DNA from: a virus
Taxonomy: Duplodnaviria > Caudoviricetes
Reading direction: 5' to 3' (one strand)
Virus record (IMG/VR): IMGVR_UViG_3300025912_000012
Location: 1-64,000 of that record
DNA length: 64,000 bases
Numbering within the stretch: the stretch's first letter is position 1; each line of letters opens with the position of its first letter. Below are positions 29,797 to 40,615 of this stretch, piece after piece. The position numbers were made by a program, and so were the translations under genes. Under the pieces are notes generated by a model. It did not search any database, had not been told where the DNA came from, and worked only from the letters and a program-made list of their open reading frames with translations.

Positions 29797-30888
29797 ATGA
29801 GCAACACTGCGATTTACTATTCCTCCGGGGATGAGCCAGACCAGGTTTACTGGGAACACGCGGACGGGATGGTATTCCACGGGGGACGTGCTGTTTCCAC
29901 GAAATGGGATGTCGCGAAAGTACTCGCGGAGCTGAAAGAATTCAGCCTCACCCCCCTGTTCGTCCGCAAGGACCCGAATGACAAGAGCATCGTCTCGTAC
30001 GTCGCGGAGATCGACGCCCCCACCGGGGAGTACGGGGTCCTGCATCTCAAGTACTACGGAGAGCGGAACAGCTTCTGGGGTCATGTTTCCGCGAAACACG
30101 AAAACGACCTGACGCTTTTCCTCGAAAAGATCTTTGCGAATATCGAGGAATACGAGAAAGTCCCGGAAAGGGAAGACGGGGTTTTCCTGCACTACACATT
30201 CCAGGGGGAATACGGTCCGGATACGATCACGCGGGAAATTTCCGCTCCCAACTGGGGGGAGGTCCGGGAGAACTACGCACCCTCCGTCCAGGGGAAACTC
30301 CAGGGGATTATCGAGGCTCACCCGAGGGATCTCCCCGGGAAGGTGGGGATCATCCACGGACCTCCGAGGACAGGGAAAACCTACTGGCTGCGTTCTCTTG
30401 CCAGGGCGTGGAGCGAGACCGCGCATATCACCTATGTCGTGGACTCGCGGGAATTCTTCCAGGACGCAGGGTACATGATGCGGGTGCTTCTCGATGCGAG
30501 GCACGGGAAAGACATCTGGCATGTCCTCATCTTCGAGGATGCGGAAGAATACGTGACCGCTGCCGCGAAGGCAACTGTGGGACCTGCCCTGTCGAAGCTG
30601 CTCAACCTGGGTGACGGGCTCCTCGGGCAGGGACTGAATATCCTGTTCCTGTTCACCACGAACGTGACCGTGGACAAGCTGCACGAGGCTCTCACGGGTC
30701 CGGGGAGGTGCTTCGATGTGATCGAGGTCCCCCTGCTGACACAGGACCAGGCGAACCGCTGGCTGCGGGACCACGGGAGCAAGGTTCTCGTGTCCGGGGA
30801 CCAGCCGGTGGGGGCGCTGTACCGGATTCTGTCCAAGGGGGAGCATGACGGGGGTTCCGCGTACGACATCAGCGCGCCCTACCTGTAA
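29797..30888 (+). CDS. AAA-family ATPase
   Basis: GPPRTGKT, LIFEDAE, LLNLGDGLLGQG, TTN, PGRC. Confidence 0.9.
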   Translation: MSNTAIYYSSGDEPDQVYWEHADGMVFHGGRAVSTKWDVAKVLAELKEFSLTPLFVRKDPNDKSIVSYVAEIDAPTGEYGVLHLKYYGERNSFWGHVSAKHENDLTLFLEKIFANIEEYEKVPEREDGVFLHYTFQGEYGPDTITREISAPNWGEVRENYAPSVQGKLQGIIEAHPRDLPGKVGIIHGPPRTGKTYWLRSLARAWSETAHITYVVDSREFFQDAGYMMRVLLDARHGKDIWHVLIFEDAEEYVTAAAKATVGPALSKLLNLGDGLLGQGLNILFLFTTNVTVDKLHEALTGPGRCFDVIEVPLLTQDQANRWLRDHGSKVLVSGDQPVGALYRILSKGEHDGGSAYDISAPYL

Positions 30889-30896
30889 ATGTTACA

Positions 30897-31343
30897 GTGG
30901 ATGATATGGCTGGATATCATCGCAAGGCACGTGCCCCCAGGGCAGCATGGCAGGTTATCATTCCTGTCTTCACCCTGGGGGCACTGCTCTGTCTCGGGAT
31001 AGTGACTGCCGTTCTGGTGCACTCAAGAGGGAGTGCCGCTCCTAAGGCGGTAGCAGCAGCTCCCTCCCCGAAAGTGCACCAGGTGGTCACCACTCCTCCG
31101 CCAGCTAAGCCCGTCCCCAGCTCCCCCGCGTACTACACGGTGGCATCAGGAGACTCGTGGTGGAGCATCGCAGTGCAGTACTGCAACTCAGGGGATGCTT
31201 ACGTGACGCTCGCGAACAGGAATCATATGCCGGTGAACGCGGCGCTCCCGATAGGGAGGAAGATTGTCATCCAATGCCGTTTAGGAAATCATCTGCTGAC
31301 GCGCAGAAAAAATACCGCGACAGCCATCCTGCATATCAGGTAA
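30897..31343 (+). CDS. membrane-anchored LysM-domain protein
   Basis: TM helix, Pro-rich linker, YTVASGDSWWSIA. Confidence 0.85.
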   Translation: MDDMAGYHRKARAPRAAWQVIIPVFTLGALLCLGIVTAVLVHSRGSAAPKAVAAAPSPKVHQVVTTPPPAKPVPSSPAYYTVASGDSWWSIAVQYCNSGDAYVTLANRNHMPVNAALPIGRKIVIQCRLGNHLLTRRKNTATAILHIR

Positions 31344-31683
31344 CCGAGGCTATGCGAGTGAAAGCCCGATATAGGGCAATGGCGGAGCTGGCGAGAAGGT
31401 ACCCGAAGATATACCGCAGGCTATACGCGGCTGAACTGGAAAAACTCAGAAGGGAAGAAAAATGAAAAAGTTCAGGAAAGTCAAGATCGGGGCTGGGGAT
31501 GTTGCTTTCTTTGTCATGAAACCCACTCGCAAGGACCGTACTGTGCGGAGACGTATTCGCAAGGTCTTGCGACGCAAAGCCAGGTGATACGTAAACCGCC
31601 CGGGACACACCAGTCGCTGGGAAGACTGGTGTGTGACCGGTGCGGGCATAAGGAATCGTTCACTATCTCAGGACGGGATATTA

Positions 31684-31974
31684 TCAGGCGGCATCTTGCG
31701 GAATGCGGCGCATCTGCATCCGGACCCGCTGACGGGTTGTCCTCCCGCCCCTGATCCCGTGCTTCTCGTTTTTGCTCATCGCCTCTTCGAGGCATAGCTC
31801 CCGTACAGGGCAGTGCGCGCATATCCACAGCGCACGTGCCGTCTTTATCCGTGCCTTCTTATCTCCCGGCTCAGGGAACCACAGGTCAGGGTCGCGATAT
31901 CCCCGGCAGGAGGCATTTTTGTGCCACTCGGGGATTATGATCATGTCGAGGGTGTCTCTGATATCAGCCATCAT
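31684..31974 (-). CDS. whiB: WhiB-family transcription factor
   Basis: W..ASC..DPDLWFP, C..CPV..C, HGIRGG. Confidence 0.9.
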   Translation of the reverse strand: MMADIRDTLDMIIIPEWHKNASCRGYRDPDLWFPEPGDKKARIKTARALWICAHCPVRELCLEEAMSKNEKHGIRGGRTTRQRVRMQMRRIPQDAA

Positions 31975-31978
31975 TCCA

Positions 31979-32473
31979 TCATTCGCTGTCGTTAAGGGTT
32001 TTGTCAAGACAGGAAAGGCATTTCAGTGGCTTACGCGGATTCATCCTTTTCTCCAGGGGAAAGTCCAGCGGGACTTTCCGTGTATCGCATTTCGGGCACA
32101 GCCAGCCGCCACGACGTACATCTGACGCGCTCTCGGGGAGCTTCCTCCCGGGGTTGCGGCAGTCCCGGCACAGTACCTTATGTCCTGTAGGGTGATGCTT
32201 GTCAACATGGTAGTCATCCCACCTGCGCACCCTCGTGCACCCGACGCAGCAGGTGACTTCGAGCGCCACCGACCATTCTCCCGGTTTGAGGGGGGTGAAC
32301 GAGGGGGCGACGGGATCGGGGACATCCTCAAGATCATGTTCCTGCGTCTTGCGTGCCACCTGCAGCGCGTACACCTCGATGAGGCGCATCATCCCGGACA
32401 GCTCACGCGGGTTTCTCACCCCTGACGAGTACAGCTTCGCCCTGAGGTCTTCCCGTCCCACTATCGACGGCAT
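31979..32473 (-). CDS. Zn-binding hypothetical protein
   Basis: Four CxxC pairs. Confidence 0.7.
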   Translation of the reverse strand: MPSIVGREDLRAKLYSSGVRNPRELSGMMRLIEVYALQVARKTQEHDLEDVPDPVAPSFTPLKPGEWSVALEVTCCVGCTRVRRWDDYHVDKHHPTGHKVLCRDCRNPGRKLPESASDVRRGGWLCPKCDTRKVPLDFPLEKRMNPRKPLKCLSCLDKTLNDSE

Positions 32474-32483
32474 ATCCTTCCTT

Positions 32484-33575
32484 TCATGCTGTTCTTCTCG
32501 GCTGTACCAGGTATCTCACATCCCCGCAGGTGATGAGGAATGCTCTCCCGGTGTAGGCAAGGGAAATGTCATCCCCGAGGGATATCCCGTCAAGAAGGTA
32601 CCTGGGGGTGAAGTCGAATGATCTCTGCTCCCTAGTCACCCCTGCGATTCCCTCATCCCCGAGGGCTTCCCATTCCAGCTCGCCACGATACCCTGCGTCC
32701 TGGGATGCCGAAACCGTGAGCACGTCCCCGAAGGAGAGTTTCACGGTCCCCCTGTCTCCCGCCGCAAGGGTTGCCATCTTCACGGAGGAGGCAAGCTCAG
32801 CCCCGTTTACGGGTATCTCAGGGGGGTAGTCGCGGGTGATCATCTCCCATCCTTTCGCGAACTCTCCTGACACCTGGGGCGCAGTCACGGTGAGTCCCTC
32901 GGTGGCTACCCCTGCAAGGGAGGCGTTCCACCCGAAAGACACCTCATTCCCGAGGACGTGGCTGAAACGCTCCAGGACGCTCGCGGGCACCAGGAGCGGC
33001 CCAGGAGACGAGACACCCGCCTTGAGGGTCACAGCGGTGAGCTGAGGGCTCGCCAGCGCCATCCGCGATCGGTCCGTGGACACCATCAGTAGTTTCCCGT
33101 CGATAATGTCCACACGGATAGCCCGCAGAACGGGGTCATTCCTCGCGGCTGCCATGTTCACGATTCTCACCGCATCCGCGAAATCTCCCGAATCGAGCTT
33201 TCCCAGCACATCGGGGAATTCGAGCCATTTCGGGAATCTGCTCCCAGGGGACGCGGACAGCGAAAACTGCGATTTCCCGGAAGTGACCGTAGCGCTGGTC
33301 CCGTCAGATTCGAGGAAAATGCTTTTCCCGAAATATTTCGAGAATTCGGAAAACATCCTCCCCGGGATGATAACGGAATCTTCGGATTTCACGTCTGCTT
33401 CGCAATCTGAGGTGAAAGTCACCTGACCGTCAGATGCGGTGATGCTGATTTTCCCGGATTTCGCGGATACGAGCATTCCCGCATGAATCGGGTTTACGGG
33501 TCTTGACGGAAGACCCGCTGCTGCTTTCGCAATCGCAGCAGCGAGGTCTTTCCCGTCAGCGGTGAACGTGAGCAG
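32484..33575 (-). CDS. dnaN: DNA polymerase III beta sliding clamp
   Basis: LPSRP, ASDG, IPGR, STDRSRMA, FTPRYLLDG. Start placed at a CTG after SD GAAAGGA. Confidence 0.88.
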   Translation of the reverse strand: MLTFTADGKDLAAAIAKAAAGLPSRPVNPIHAGMLVSAKSGKISITASDGQVTFTSDCEADVKSEDSVIIPGRMFSEFSKYFGKSIFLESDGTSATVTSGKSQFSLSASPGSRFPKWLEFPDVLGKLDSGDFADAVRIVNMAAARNDPVLRAIRVDIIDGKLLMVSTDRSRMALASPQLTAVTLKAGVSSPGPLLVPASVLERFSHVLGNEVSFGWNASLAGVATEGLTVTAPQVSGEFAKGWEMITRDYPPEIPVNGAELASSVKMATLAAGDRGTVKLSFGDVLTVSASQDAGYRGELEWEALGDEGIAGVTREQRSFDFTPRYLLDGISLGDDISLAYTGRAFLITCGDVRYLVQPRRTA

Positions 33576-33857
33576 CAGAATATCCTTTCGAGTCTTTACG
33601 TGTTAAGAATCTCCCCCAGCGGGAACGCGGGATATTATTCCAGGGGATTTTTTTAATACTAGTGACGATTATGCCACCATGCTGCGATGAAAAACGCGAG
33701 CACTCCAACCAGGAGCAGCCCCCCCAGATATTCGAGCAGCGTAAAACTCATCTCTTATCCTCGGTCATCATGTTTCCGCAGACCCCGCACCGGGGCTGCC
33801 GAACCGAGACTATCGCATTCCCGTACCTGCACGAGCACTTCCAGACTTTCGCGGAAG

Positions 33858-34958
33858 TCACCTCATGACCAGGACTCTCGTCCCTGGTACGAGCTTGCGG
33901 TTGTTGCTCGTGCTCAAAATGTAAACCTTGTAACCCAGCCCTGTCCATTTCCCGGGGGAGACGCGCACCTCGCCTGTCTCGGGGAGACCCAGCTTGGCGC
34001 GGACCTGCGGTCCCACGTACACGCTCTCCGTGTTCGTGGAAGGATCCCATACCGCGACCGCGATCTTCTTGTACTCCTGGATCCTTTCCCGCTTGGTCAT
34101 CTCGTAGTAAGCCAGCCCGGGGGCGTACTGCTTTCCCGTCTTGGCTTCCATGAACTGATCGATGCGGGCGTTCTGGATTCCCGCGAGATCCTCCGGGTTC
34201 ACGTTCTCGAAGTAATAGGACCCGGGAGTCATCGGGACGAGGGACTTCTTGAGATCAGACGCCTTCGGGGCGTTCATCTCGAACAGGTTCTTGACACTTG
34301 ACGCGGTACCGCTGCGGACTGTTGCCTGATAGCTCTGTGTCGCAGCTGCTACCGCGTACCCGATCTCCTCGATAGCGTTCTCCTGCGTCGGATCCCAGAT
34401 GGAGATGTTTCCCTGCGGGAACCCGTAACGGGTGAGGAAATGCTTTCCCTGCGCATTCGGGGTGAACGCCGCGATCGTGTAGTAGTCAGGGAGGCGGGAG
34501 ATTTTCGGGGCGAGGCTTGTCTTGCCCTGGTGAGTGGAATGCAGCTCCTGCCCGTCTGAGATGAGCCACAGCAGGTGGAAATGCTTCCCGTACTTGACCG
34601 GGAGGGCTTCCAGGTCATTCAGCGTACGGATCACGTTGTCGCACAGTGCGGTTCCCCCGGAGATCCTGTACATTCCCTTGATGCTGGGGACCCGCAGGAC
34701 ATCCATGTCGTACAGCAGGCACTCGAAATCGACATGCCCGAAGCCAGGGGAGCTGAACTGGAAGACCGATACGCGGGTCTCCTCATTCGGGTGGTTCCTG
34801 CTGTCGGAGGCGAGTGCCTTGATGTGCCCGTCCAGCACCTCGGGGACCGCGCTGCGGTGCGGGAGCATTGACCCGGACGAGTCGAGAAGGAACGTGTGAT
34901 GATGAATCGTGTTTTCCACGGGATTCCTCTCAGGGAAGAGGCGGAGTTTCATTGTCAT
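33858..34958 (-). CDS. von Willebrand factor A domain protein
   Basis: MIDAS LLDSSGSM, GGTAL, ISDGQE. Confidence 0.85.
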   Translation of the reverse strand: MTMKLRLFPERNPVENTIHHHTFLLDSSGSMLPHRSAVPEVLDGHIKALASDSRNHPNEETRVSVFQFSSPGFGHVDFECLLYDMDVLRVPSIKGMYRISGGTALCDNVIRTLNDLEALPVKYGKHFHLLWLISDGQELHSTHQGKTSLAPKISRLPDYYTIAAFTPNAQGKHFLTRYGFPQGNISIWDPTQENAIEEIGYAVAAATQSYQATVRSGTASSVKNLFEMNAPKASDLKKSLVPMTPGSYYFENVNPEDLAGIQNARIDQFMEAKTGKQYAPGLAYYEMTKRERIQEYKKIAVAVWDPSTNTESVYVGPQVRAKLGLPETGEVRVSPGKWTGLGYKVYILSTSNNRKLVPGTRVLVMR

Positions 34959-34963
34959 TTCTT

Positions 34964-35362
34964 TTAGAACGGGGGCTCGTCGTTATAGTCAGCGCCCTTA
35001 GCGGGAGCCTTGCTGCTGCTGTTCTTGGCAGGCCACTTGAGGGAGCGTCCGAAGTCATCAAGGGTCATCTCTGCGGAGTACCCTGTCTTCCCGTCCTTCT
35101 CGTACTTGCGGATCTTCAGGATTCCTGATGCGATTACCAGCTCACCTCTCTGAAGGTCCGCTTCCGCGATAGCCTCTGCCATCTGACGCCACGCGGTGAA
35201 CCGGATGAACGAGGCGTCCCCGTCCTCCCATTCTCCTGCTGCGTTCTTCGTGCGTTCGCTGACTGCGATGGTCCCGTTCAGGACCGCGATCCCCTGCGGA
35301 GTGAAACGCAGCTCCGGGGCATCGACAAGCCTCCCGTGCAGGGTAAGATCAGAGTTACTCAT
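34964..35362 (-). CDS. ssb: single-stranded DNA-binding protein
   Basis: GRLVDAPELRFTPQG; acidic tail DEPPF. Confidence 0.95.
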   Translation of the reverse strand: MSNSDLTLHGRLVDAPELRFTPQGIAVLNGTIAVSERTKNAAGEWEDGDASFIRFTAWRQMAEAIAEADLQRGELVIASGILKIRKYEKDGKTGYSAEMTLDDFGRSLKWPAKNSSSKAPAKGADYNDEPPF

Positions 35363-35391
35363 GCTGCTCCATTCGTCTTGTTCCTGTCCTT

Positions 35392-35799
35392 CTATTGTAC
35401 CAGATTTTCGGTGTCTTTGCTGGTCAGCGGGCATAGATGCCGGTCTCTGGCTCTCTCCAGGACCCCGATGAGAAGCTCCTCTCCGCCCCACTTCGGACCG
35501 TAGATTTCCCCTGTTGCGCTGTTGTAATACTTCACCCCGAGAGTGTCATCGCGACCTTCCACGACGAGGATCGCGAGACATCCGTGCCCGTAGTGTTCCG
35601 CGTGCCTGCGGATGTACTCCCATTCCCTGTCACTTACGAGAATTCCTTTCGACTCGCAGAATGCCGTGGGATGCAGGCACTTGCGGCAGTACTGCACGTA
35701 GTCGATGTCAATCCCGCGTACATCCTCTACTCTTCTCGCGATCCTGGAAAGGCTCGTGACTTTCCGCTTCCCGGTGCGCTCAATATTTCTCGCAGTCAT
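35392..35799 (-). CDS. hypothetical protein, possible PD-(D/E)XK nuclease fold
   Basis: DIDYV...AFCESK. Confidence 0.6.
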   Translation of the reverse strand: MTARNIERTGKRKVTSLSRIARRVEDVRGIDIDYVQYCRKCLHPTAFCESKGILVSDREWEYIRRHAEHYGHGCLAILVVEGRDDTLGVKYYNSATGEIYGPKWGGEELLIGVLERARDRHLCPLTSKDTENLVQ

Positions 35800-35952
35800 A
35801 AGCTCAACGGTAAACGGGGAGCCTGCGACCTCGCCACCATCATCGCAGGGTACGCCAGCCCCGGGGCAAGCGCAAGCACCACCTCGATTTGACTCCCCTG
35901 CTGAGCGCTGGTACTCTCGCCGCCAACCCCTTTTTTTCCTGCTGGAAGGAAC

Positions 35953-36963
35953 ATGTACATGGAAAGAACGTTCGACATCCGGACCCTCCTCGGGGGGACG
36001 CTGCTCAAGGAAGTCATCACCGATGACTGGCGCATCAGGCTGGACCCGGAGGTGGCTCACGTACTGCTGTCCACCGCGCTGCTCCCCGGGAGGAATTACC
36101 GCAAGCCTAACGGTGAGCTGATGTTCTCCAGGCTGTCTGGCGCGTTCAGGAACCGCAGGATCGACGGGTCGCGGATACGCACCTACGCCCAGAAGATGGT
36201 CACGTACGGAGCTGACGGGACCTGCGAATGGAAGGACCGCATCACCGAGATCGGAGTCTCCCCCGATGGCATGCTGTCCATGGGATTCCATACCTGCCTC
36301 GCGGTGATCCTTTCCGGAACCTCGCACGAGGTGCGCCTGCTCGCGAACTTCACTGAGTCAGAGCGCAACTCCGAGGGCACGGGACGCAGGCAGGACTTCG
36401 GGGATGTCCTCCACCTGTACGGGGTCCCCAGCTCCAGGTCCACGGCGGCACTGATCCAGCTCATCGTCAACCACCGCCGTACCCTGTCCCCGCTCAACTC
36501 CATCACCCCCGGGAGCACCCGGAACACGATGACTGAGCTGATGACGATCGTGGACTCGGACGAGATGCCTCTTATCACTGAGGCTGTCGCGTACGGGAAG
36601 CGCCTGTCAAAGAGGTTCTGCTCCACTCAGGGCAAGTACAAGAGGCGTTCCGCGATTGCCCCCGCGATCGTGGCTCACCTGTACCTGGAATGGATGGAGT
36701 CTCATCCTGCGCAAGCCACGGAGTTCTTCCAGGGACTGGAAACCGGGGAGGGTATCTCCGGGGTGGTCCTGCTACTGCGGGAGCGCCTGATGGCTATCGC
36801 AGGCGGGGGAGGTACCGCAGTGGACGCGCAGCTCGGGGTGTACGCCCGGACCGCCTCCCTGTTCGGGTTCGCGTGGCGGCACTACCTGACTGGCAGTGAG
36901 CTGGCGAAGATCCAGCTGTCCAACCCTCCTGCCCCGGTGTGGTGCGAGAGGCACCGCCCGTAG
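35953..36963 (+). CDS. ParB/DGQHR-like protein with degenerate motif
   Basis: NRRID..RIRTYA..M...W...GMLSMGFHTCLAVI. Confidence 0.65.
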   Translation: MYMERTFDIRTLLGGTLLKEVITDDWRIRLDPEVAHVLLSTALLPGRNYRKPNGELMFSRLSGAFRNRRIDGSRIRTYAQKMVTYGADGTCEWKDRITEIGVSPDGMLSMGFHTCLAVILSGTSHEVRLLANFTESERNSEGTGRRQDFGDVLHLYGVPSSRSTAALIQLIVNHRRTLSPLNSITPGSTRNTMTELMTIVDSDEMPLITEAVAYGKRLSKRFCSTQGKYKRRSAIAPAIVAHLYLEWMESHPAQATEFFQGLETGEGISGVVLLLRERLMAIAGGGGTAVDAQLGVYARTASLFGFAWRHYLTGSELAKIQLSNPPAPVWCERHRP

Positions 36964-36977
36964 GGTAGGTTACTCGG

Positions 36978-37023
36978 GAACCGGGGGAGGTTCCACCGCC
37001 ACTACCTCCCCCGGTTCCTTTTT
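36978..37023 (+). terminator. intrinsic terminator between convergent genes
   Basis: GGAACCGGGGGAGGT/ACCTCCCCCGGTTCC followed by TTTTT. Confidence 0.75.
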
Positions 37024-37283
37024 ACTGTTCTTCTTTAGGAATTTCCATCCCTGCTGCATCGAGTGCTTTAAGAATGCTGCTCCGCGTGTACAGCTTGTCC
37101 ACCAGCTTGCCATTCGGGGTCCCCGGGTTAGATGACGCGGTAATGCACACGGTGTCATTGTTCACGTAATGGTCAATCCTGGGGACTCCCCCGGTGGATT
37201 CAAGGTAAACCCGCAGGGTTTCGGTGAGCCTGTCAACGTCCCCGAGGGTGAGCGGTTCCTCCGTGGACACCCACACCGCCAAC

Positions 37284-37568
37284 TCAACCCACGACTTCAT
37301 CGGTGACCTTCTTCTCAGACTTGATTAGGATCTTGCGTCCTGCTTCGGTAACCTGTAGCGTGCGCGGGCATCCCGGTTTGCGAGTGACTAGCCCGCGTGC
37401 CTCCAGGGTGTCCACGTGGTGAGCTACGCTCGACGTGGACTTGACTTGCAGGGCATCCCGCATCTCCAGGTATGTCGGGGGGAAGCCCTGCTCAGCGGTG
37501 CTCTCATAGATGTACCGCAGGACCATGCCCCAGGTGACGAACGCATTCGGGGCGCGTGTGTTGCTCAT
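37284..37568 (-). CDS. LexA-like winged-helix repressor (DNA-binding domain only)
   Basis: GFPPTYLEM...STSSVAHHVDTLEARG...RTL. Confidence 0.85.
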   Translation of the reverse strand: MSNTRAPNAFVTWGMVLRYIYESTAEQGFPPTYLEMRDALQVKSTSSVAHHVDTLEARGLVTRKPGCPRTLQVTEAGRKILIKSEKKVTDEVVG

Positions 37569-38251
37569 GACGAAAATGATAGCATACATGTTCGATGAAA
37601 GAAGGATGAGATGCCTCCGAAAGGACCAACGTGCTCATGCTGGCATACATACTGCTGCTTCCCTCCGCTATGGAAAGTCTGGGGAGGGAGACATTGCGGG
37701 GATGTCAGCAACGGGTGCCGTTTCCCGAGGGGAACCTCGACGCTGCGTAAGCGAAGGGGTCCGCGTAAAGGATCACGCACGGGTTACGGGAAATAGAATT
37801 CGAGATTGAATTCCCTCATGCGAAATAGTTTTCGAAGATCAGGAAAAGTTACAACCAGAATCTTGTTTAGCGCTTGCACGGGGGGTACATTCCTGGTATC
37901 GGGTCCAGACCTAGCCCGTTGTCCTCGTGTCGAAGGAGTAAAGACATGAACGCACAGGTCACACTACGATCCGGAGATGACCAGGAGATCGTGAACACCT
38001 CCCGTCCCCCGGAGGTGGGGAGTCACGTGAAGCACAACGGGAAGCTGTGGCTGGTCACGGCATGTGAGTACCAGCTGAGCCACAGGATCATCCCGTTCTC
38101 GATGATCGTGCCCAGAGCATCATGATCTCCGGGCTGAGCACCTGTCCTCGGTGTCATCACCCATTCTCCTGGGTAATAATGAGACCCAGGAGATGCCCAG
38201 CCTGCAAGTGCAGGTTTAAAAGACGAGTACGGAGGAAAGTAACGGGGAAGT

Positions 38252-38294
38252 GAGAAAGGACCAGCCTTCGGAGGGGAGAGGCTGGTCCTTTCTC
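38252..38294. terminator. bidirectional terminator
   Basis: GAGAAAGGACCAGCCT/AGGCTGGTCCTTTCTC. Confidence 0.75.
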
Positions 38295-38295
38295 G

Positions 38296-38643
38296 TTAAG
38301 CTACAGAGGTGAGGACCGCAGTGCCCGCGAACGGGGGACCGCCATCCGCGAACACGTTGCTCACGACAGTCCACTCGCCAGGGCGAGGGTCGGTTGCGCT
38401 GACAGTGACAGGGTGCGGACCATTCCCCGGGGTGGCAGTGTTAAACGAGGGGAAGTTCCCTGACTCGTCACTGCTCTGGGATGCGTCCGGGGATACCCCG
38501 TCAGACAGGGCGACAGTCACCGCAGTCGCGACCTCGGATGCGTCCGCGACATCATCAGAGGTGTACTGGACAGTGAGGGTAACAGGTGCGCCGGGAGCGT
38601 AGCTCGCAGCGTCAAAAGCCCATGAGGTGAAAGCAAGAGCCAC
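38296..38643 (-). CDS. beta-rich hypothetical protein (possibly virion-associated)
   Basis: SD AAGGGAG; Ala/Thr/Val-rich. Confidence 0.7.
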   Translation of the reverse strand: MALAFTSWAFDAASYAPGAPVTLTVQYTSDDVADASEVATAVTVALSDGVSPDASQSSDESGNFPSFNTATPGNGPHPVTVSATDPRPGEWTVVSNVFADGGPPFAGTAVLTSVA

Positions 38644-40014
38644 AAAACTCCCTTAATGATGACGACGATGCTTATGTTTCTCAAGTCGATAGTACACGAT
38701 TTTCTTTCGCTTGTGAATCCCCGTGGAGATAGTTACATTCACCGGGACGAGGATCTCCTGGTACCACCACCAGCGATTGCGGAACCAGAGTCGCAGCAGG
38801 ATCATTTTAATCCCTCTCACGCCACCTGTGGTAATGGGGGGTACTGTACGCTATCGCGAAGATGAGCCCGACGATGAACATGACAACCCCTGCTGCATGA
38901 ATATTCAGCCAGGGAAGCCATCCGATTCTCGCGGTCGTCTTCACCGCGAAGGTAATAATACCCCCGAGGGTTGCCACGATCAGTGCGACTATCATAGTCT
39001 TCCTAGTGTAGCATATTCCTGCTACCTTTTGTACACCTGTATCATTCCTGCTTTGAGCAGCTGTTCTTTCGTGGCGGGTGGTCTCCCGCTCCCGGAGCAG
39101 GCAACCATGGCTCGCCTTGCCCTGCTCCAGCGATTATGCGGGAGCATGATGCCTGCCCTGGCTTTCTTGCTGAGAAAGCATCCTGCGCAGGTCGCGTATT
39201 TTATGTTACTGCCCATGAGGCTGATGCAATCCTGTCGCGGAACGAGTGCACTTAGGCGGGGGAATGCTCTTCTGGTCTGTTACCCATACGTTCCGCCCGG
39301 TAAGCCAGATAGGTTTACCGCAGTGCCTGCACTTACGCTTGGTTTCCATTATCTTTTCCTATGCTTACCCGAAGGAAGGGAGCAGGGTATATCCTGAGGG
39401 TTTTCCTGCTGCGATCAAGATACACTCCGAGTACCATGTAGCGCAAGGAAAACTCGGCTCTCATTTACTCTTCCCTTTTGATCTGGGCTTGCACCAGTTT
39501 CACAAGCTCCCTGACCTGATCCTGCGTCAGGGACAGTCCCGTATTAATGTGCACTTCCCGGGGGGCTGGGGTGAGCAGTTCCCTGATGCGCTTCAGCTCA
39601 TCCCTGATCTCCATCAGGAGTTCGGTCTCCCATGTCATTCAGCAGCCCTGCCTCTCGTAGTGCGTCGGTTATCTTCCTGACCAGGGACAGTCCCGCGAGA
39701 GGTTCTGCCTCTCCTGCCATTACCTTATGACTATAGGTGAAATGGTCGTCTAGCACCTTGCTGACGATGCGTTCCGCCTCGCCCCAGGTGGCTGGGTTTT
39801 CCATCAGCTTCCTTTCAGTAGCAGGTCCCCGTGCCCGAGGAGCAGCAGCGTCAGGACTACGACCAGGATGATTACCACAGCAATCCCCAGTGCTCTCATC
39901 TCTCCCTGCATCTCCTGCCTGGGCAGAACGGGCAGTACATGACTTTAGGATCTCTCGTGTCTTCGTGCAGCTTAAGCGGGTGACTGCACATGGAGCAGTT
40001 GATAAGCCTGGTTG

Positions 40015-40524
40015 TCATTTAAGCCGCAGTTCCCGCATGAGCTGGATGATCCGCTCGAAAGCCTCCACGTTCCCCATCGCGTCGTTGACAGGGTTGTGGT
40101 CGTGTGCTGTCTTGCGGTATTTCTTCCAGGACTGAGTGTCACTCCAGTTCTGGTTGACCCCAGCCCAGAAGTCGCTGATCCTGCGGGCTGAATGACCGAA
40201 AGGGTTAGGGAGTCCTGCGTAGTCGTACATCCCCGCGATCCACATGAAGTCATACGCGGGATTGTCTGACACCATGACAACTCTCCCGGGGCATACCTCT
40301 GCAAGCCACTCAGACAGTCGTGAAGCCACTACCGGCTCAGTGCTGACACGTTTCCCTATGACAGGGATCGCGGGGTTCTCAGGGTCAGGTGAGCTTTCGA
40401 ATAGCTTCCCGTGGAAGCTGACCCTGGACAGGTAGTGGACTGCCCCGAATTCCGCCAGGGTTCCTTTCACGGGGGAGGTTCCCCTCGCCTCGCAGTCAAC
40501 GAACACCAGGTTGGTCAGGTTCAT
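40015..40524 (-). CDS. DEDDh 3'-5' exonuclease (RNase AS-like)
   Basis: FVDCEA, SDNPAYD, HDHNPVNDA. Confidence 0.85.
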   Translation of the reverse strand: MNLTNLVFVDCEARGTSPVKGTLAEFGAVHYLSRVSFHGKLFESSPDPENPAIPVIGKRVSTEPVVASRLSEWLAEVCPGRVVMVSDNPAYDFMWIAGMYDYAGLPNPFGHSARRISDFWAGVNQNWSDTQSWKKYRKTAHDHNPVNDAMGNVEAFERIIQLMRELRLK

Positions 40525-40615
40525 TTCACCGCCCCCAGCAGGGTGAGGATGATCCCGAGAATGAACGGGGTCATCAGCAGGAGAGCGACGATGGTCAGCC
40601 TGTCTGGTCCGCGTG

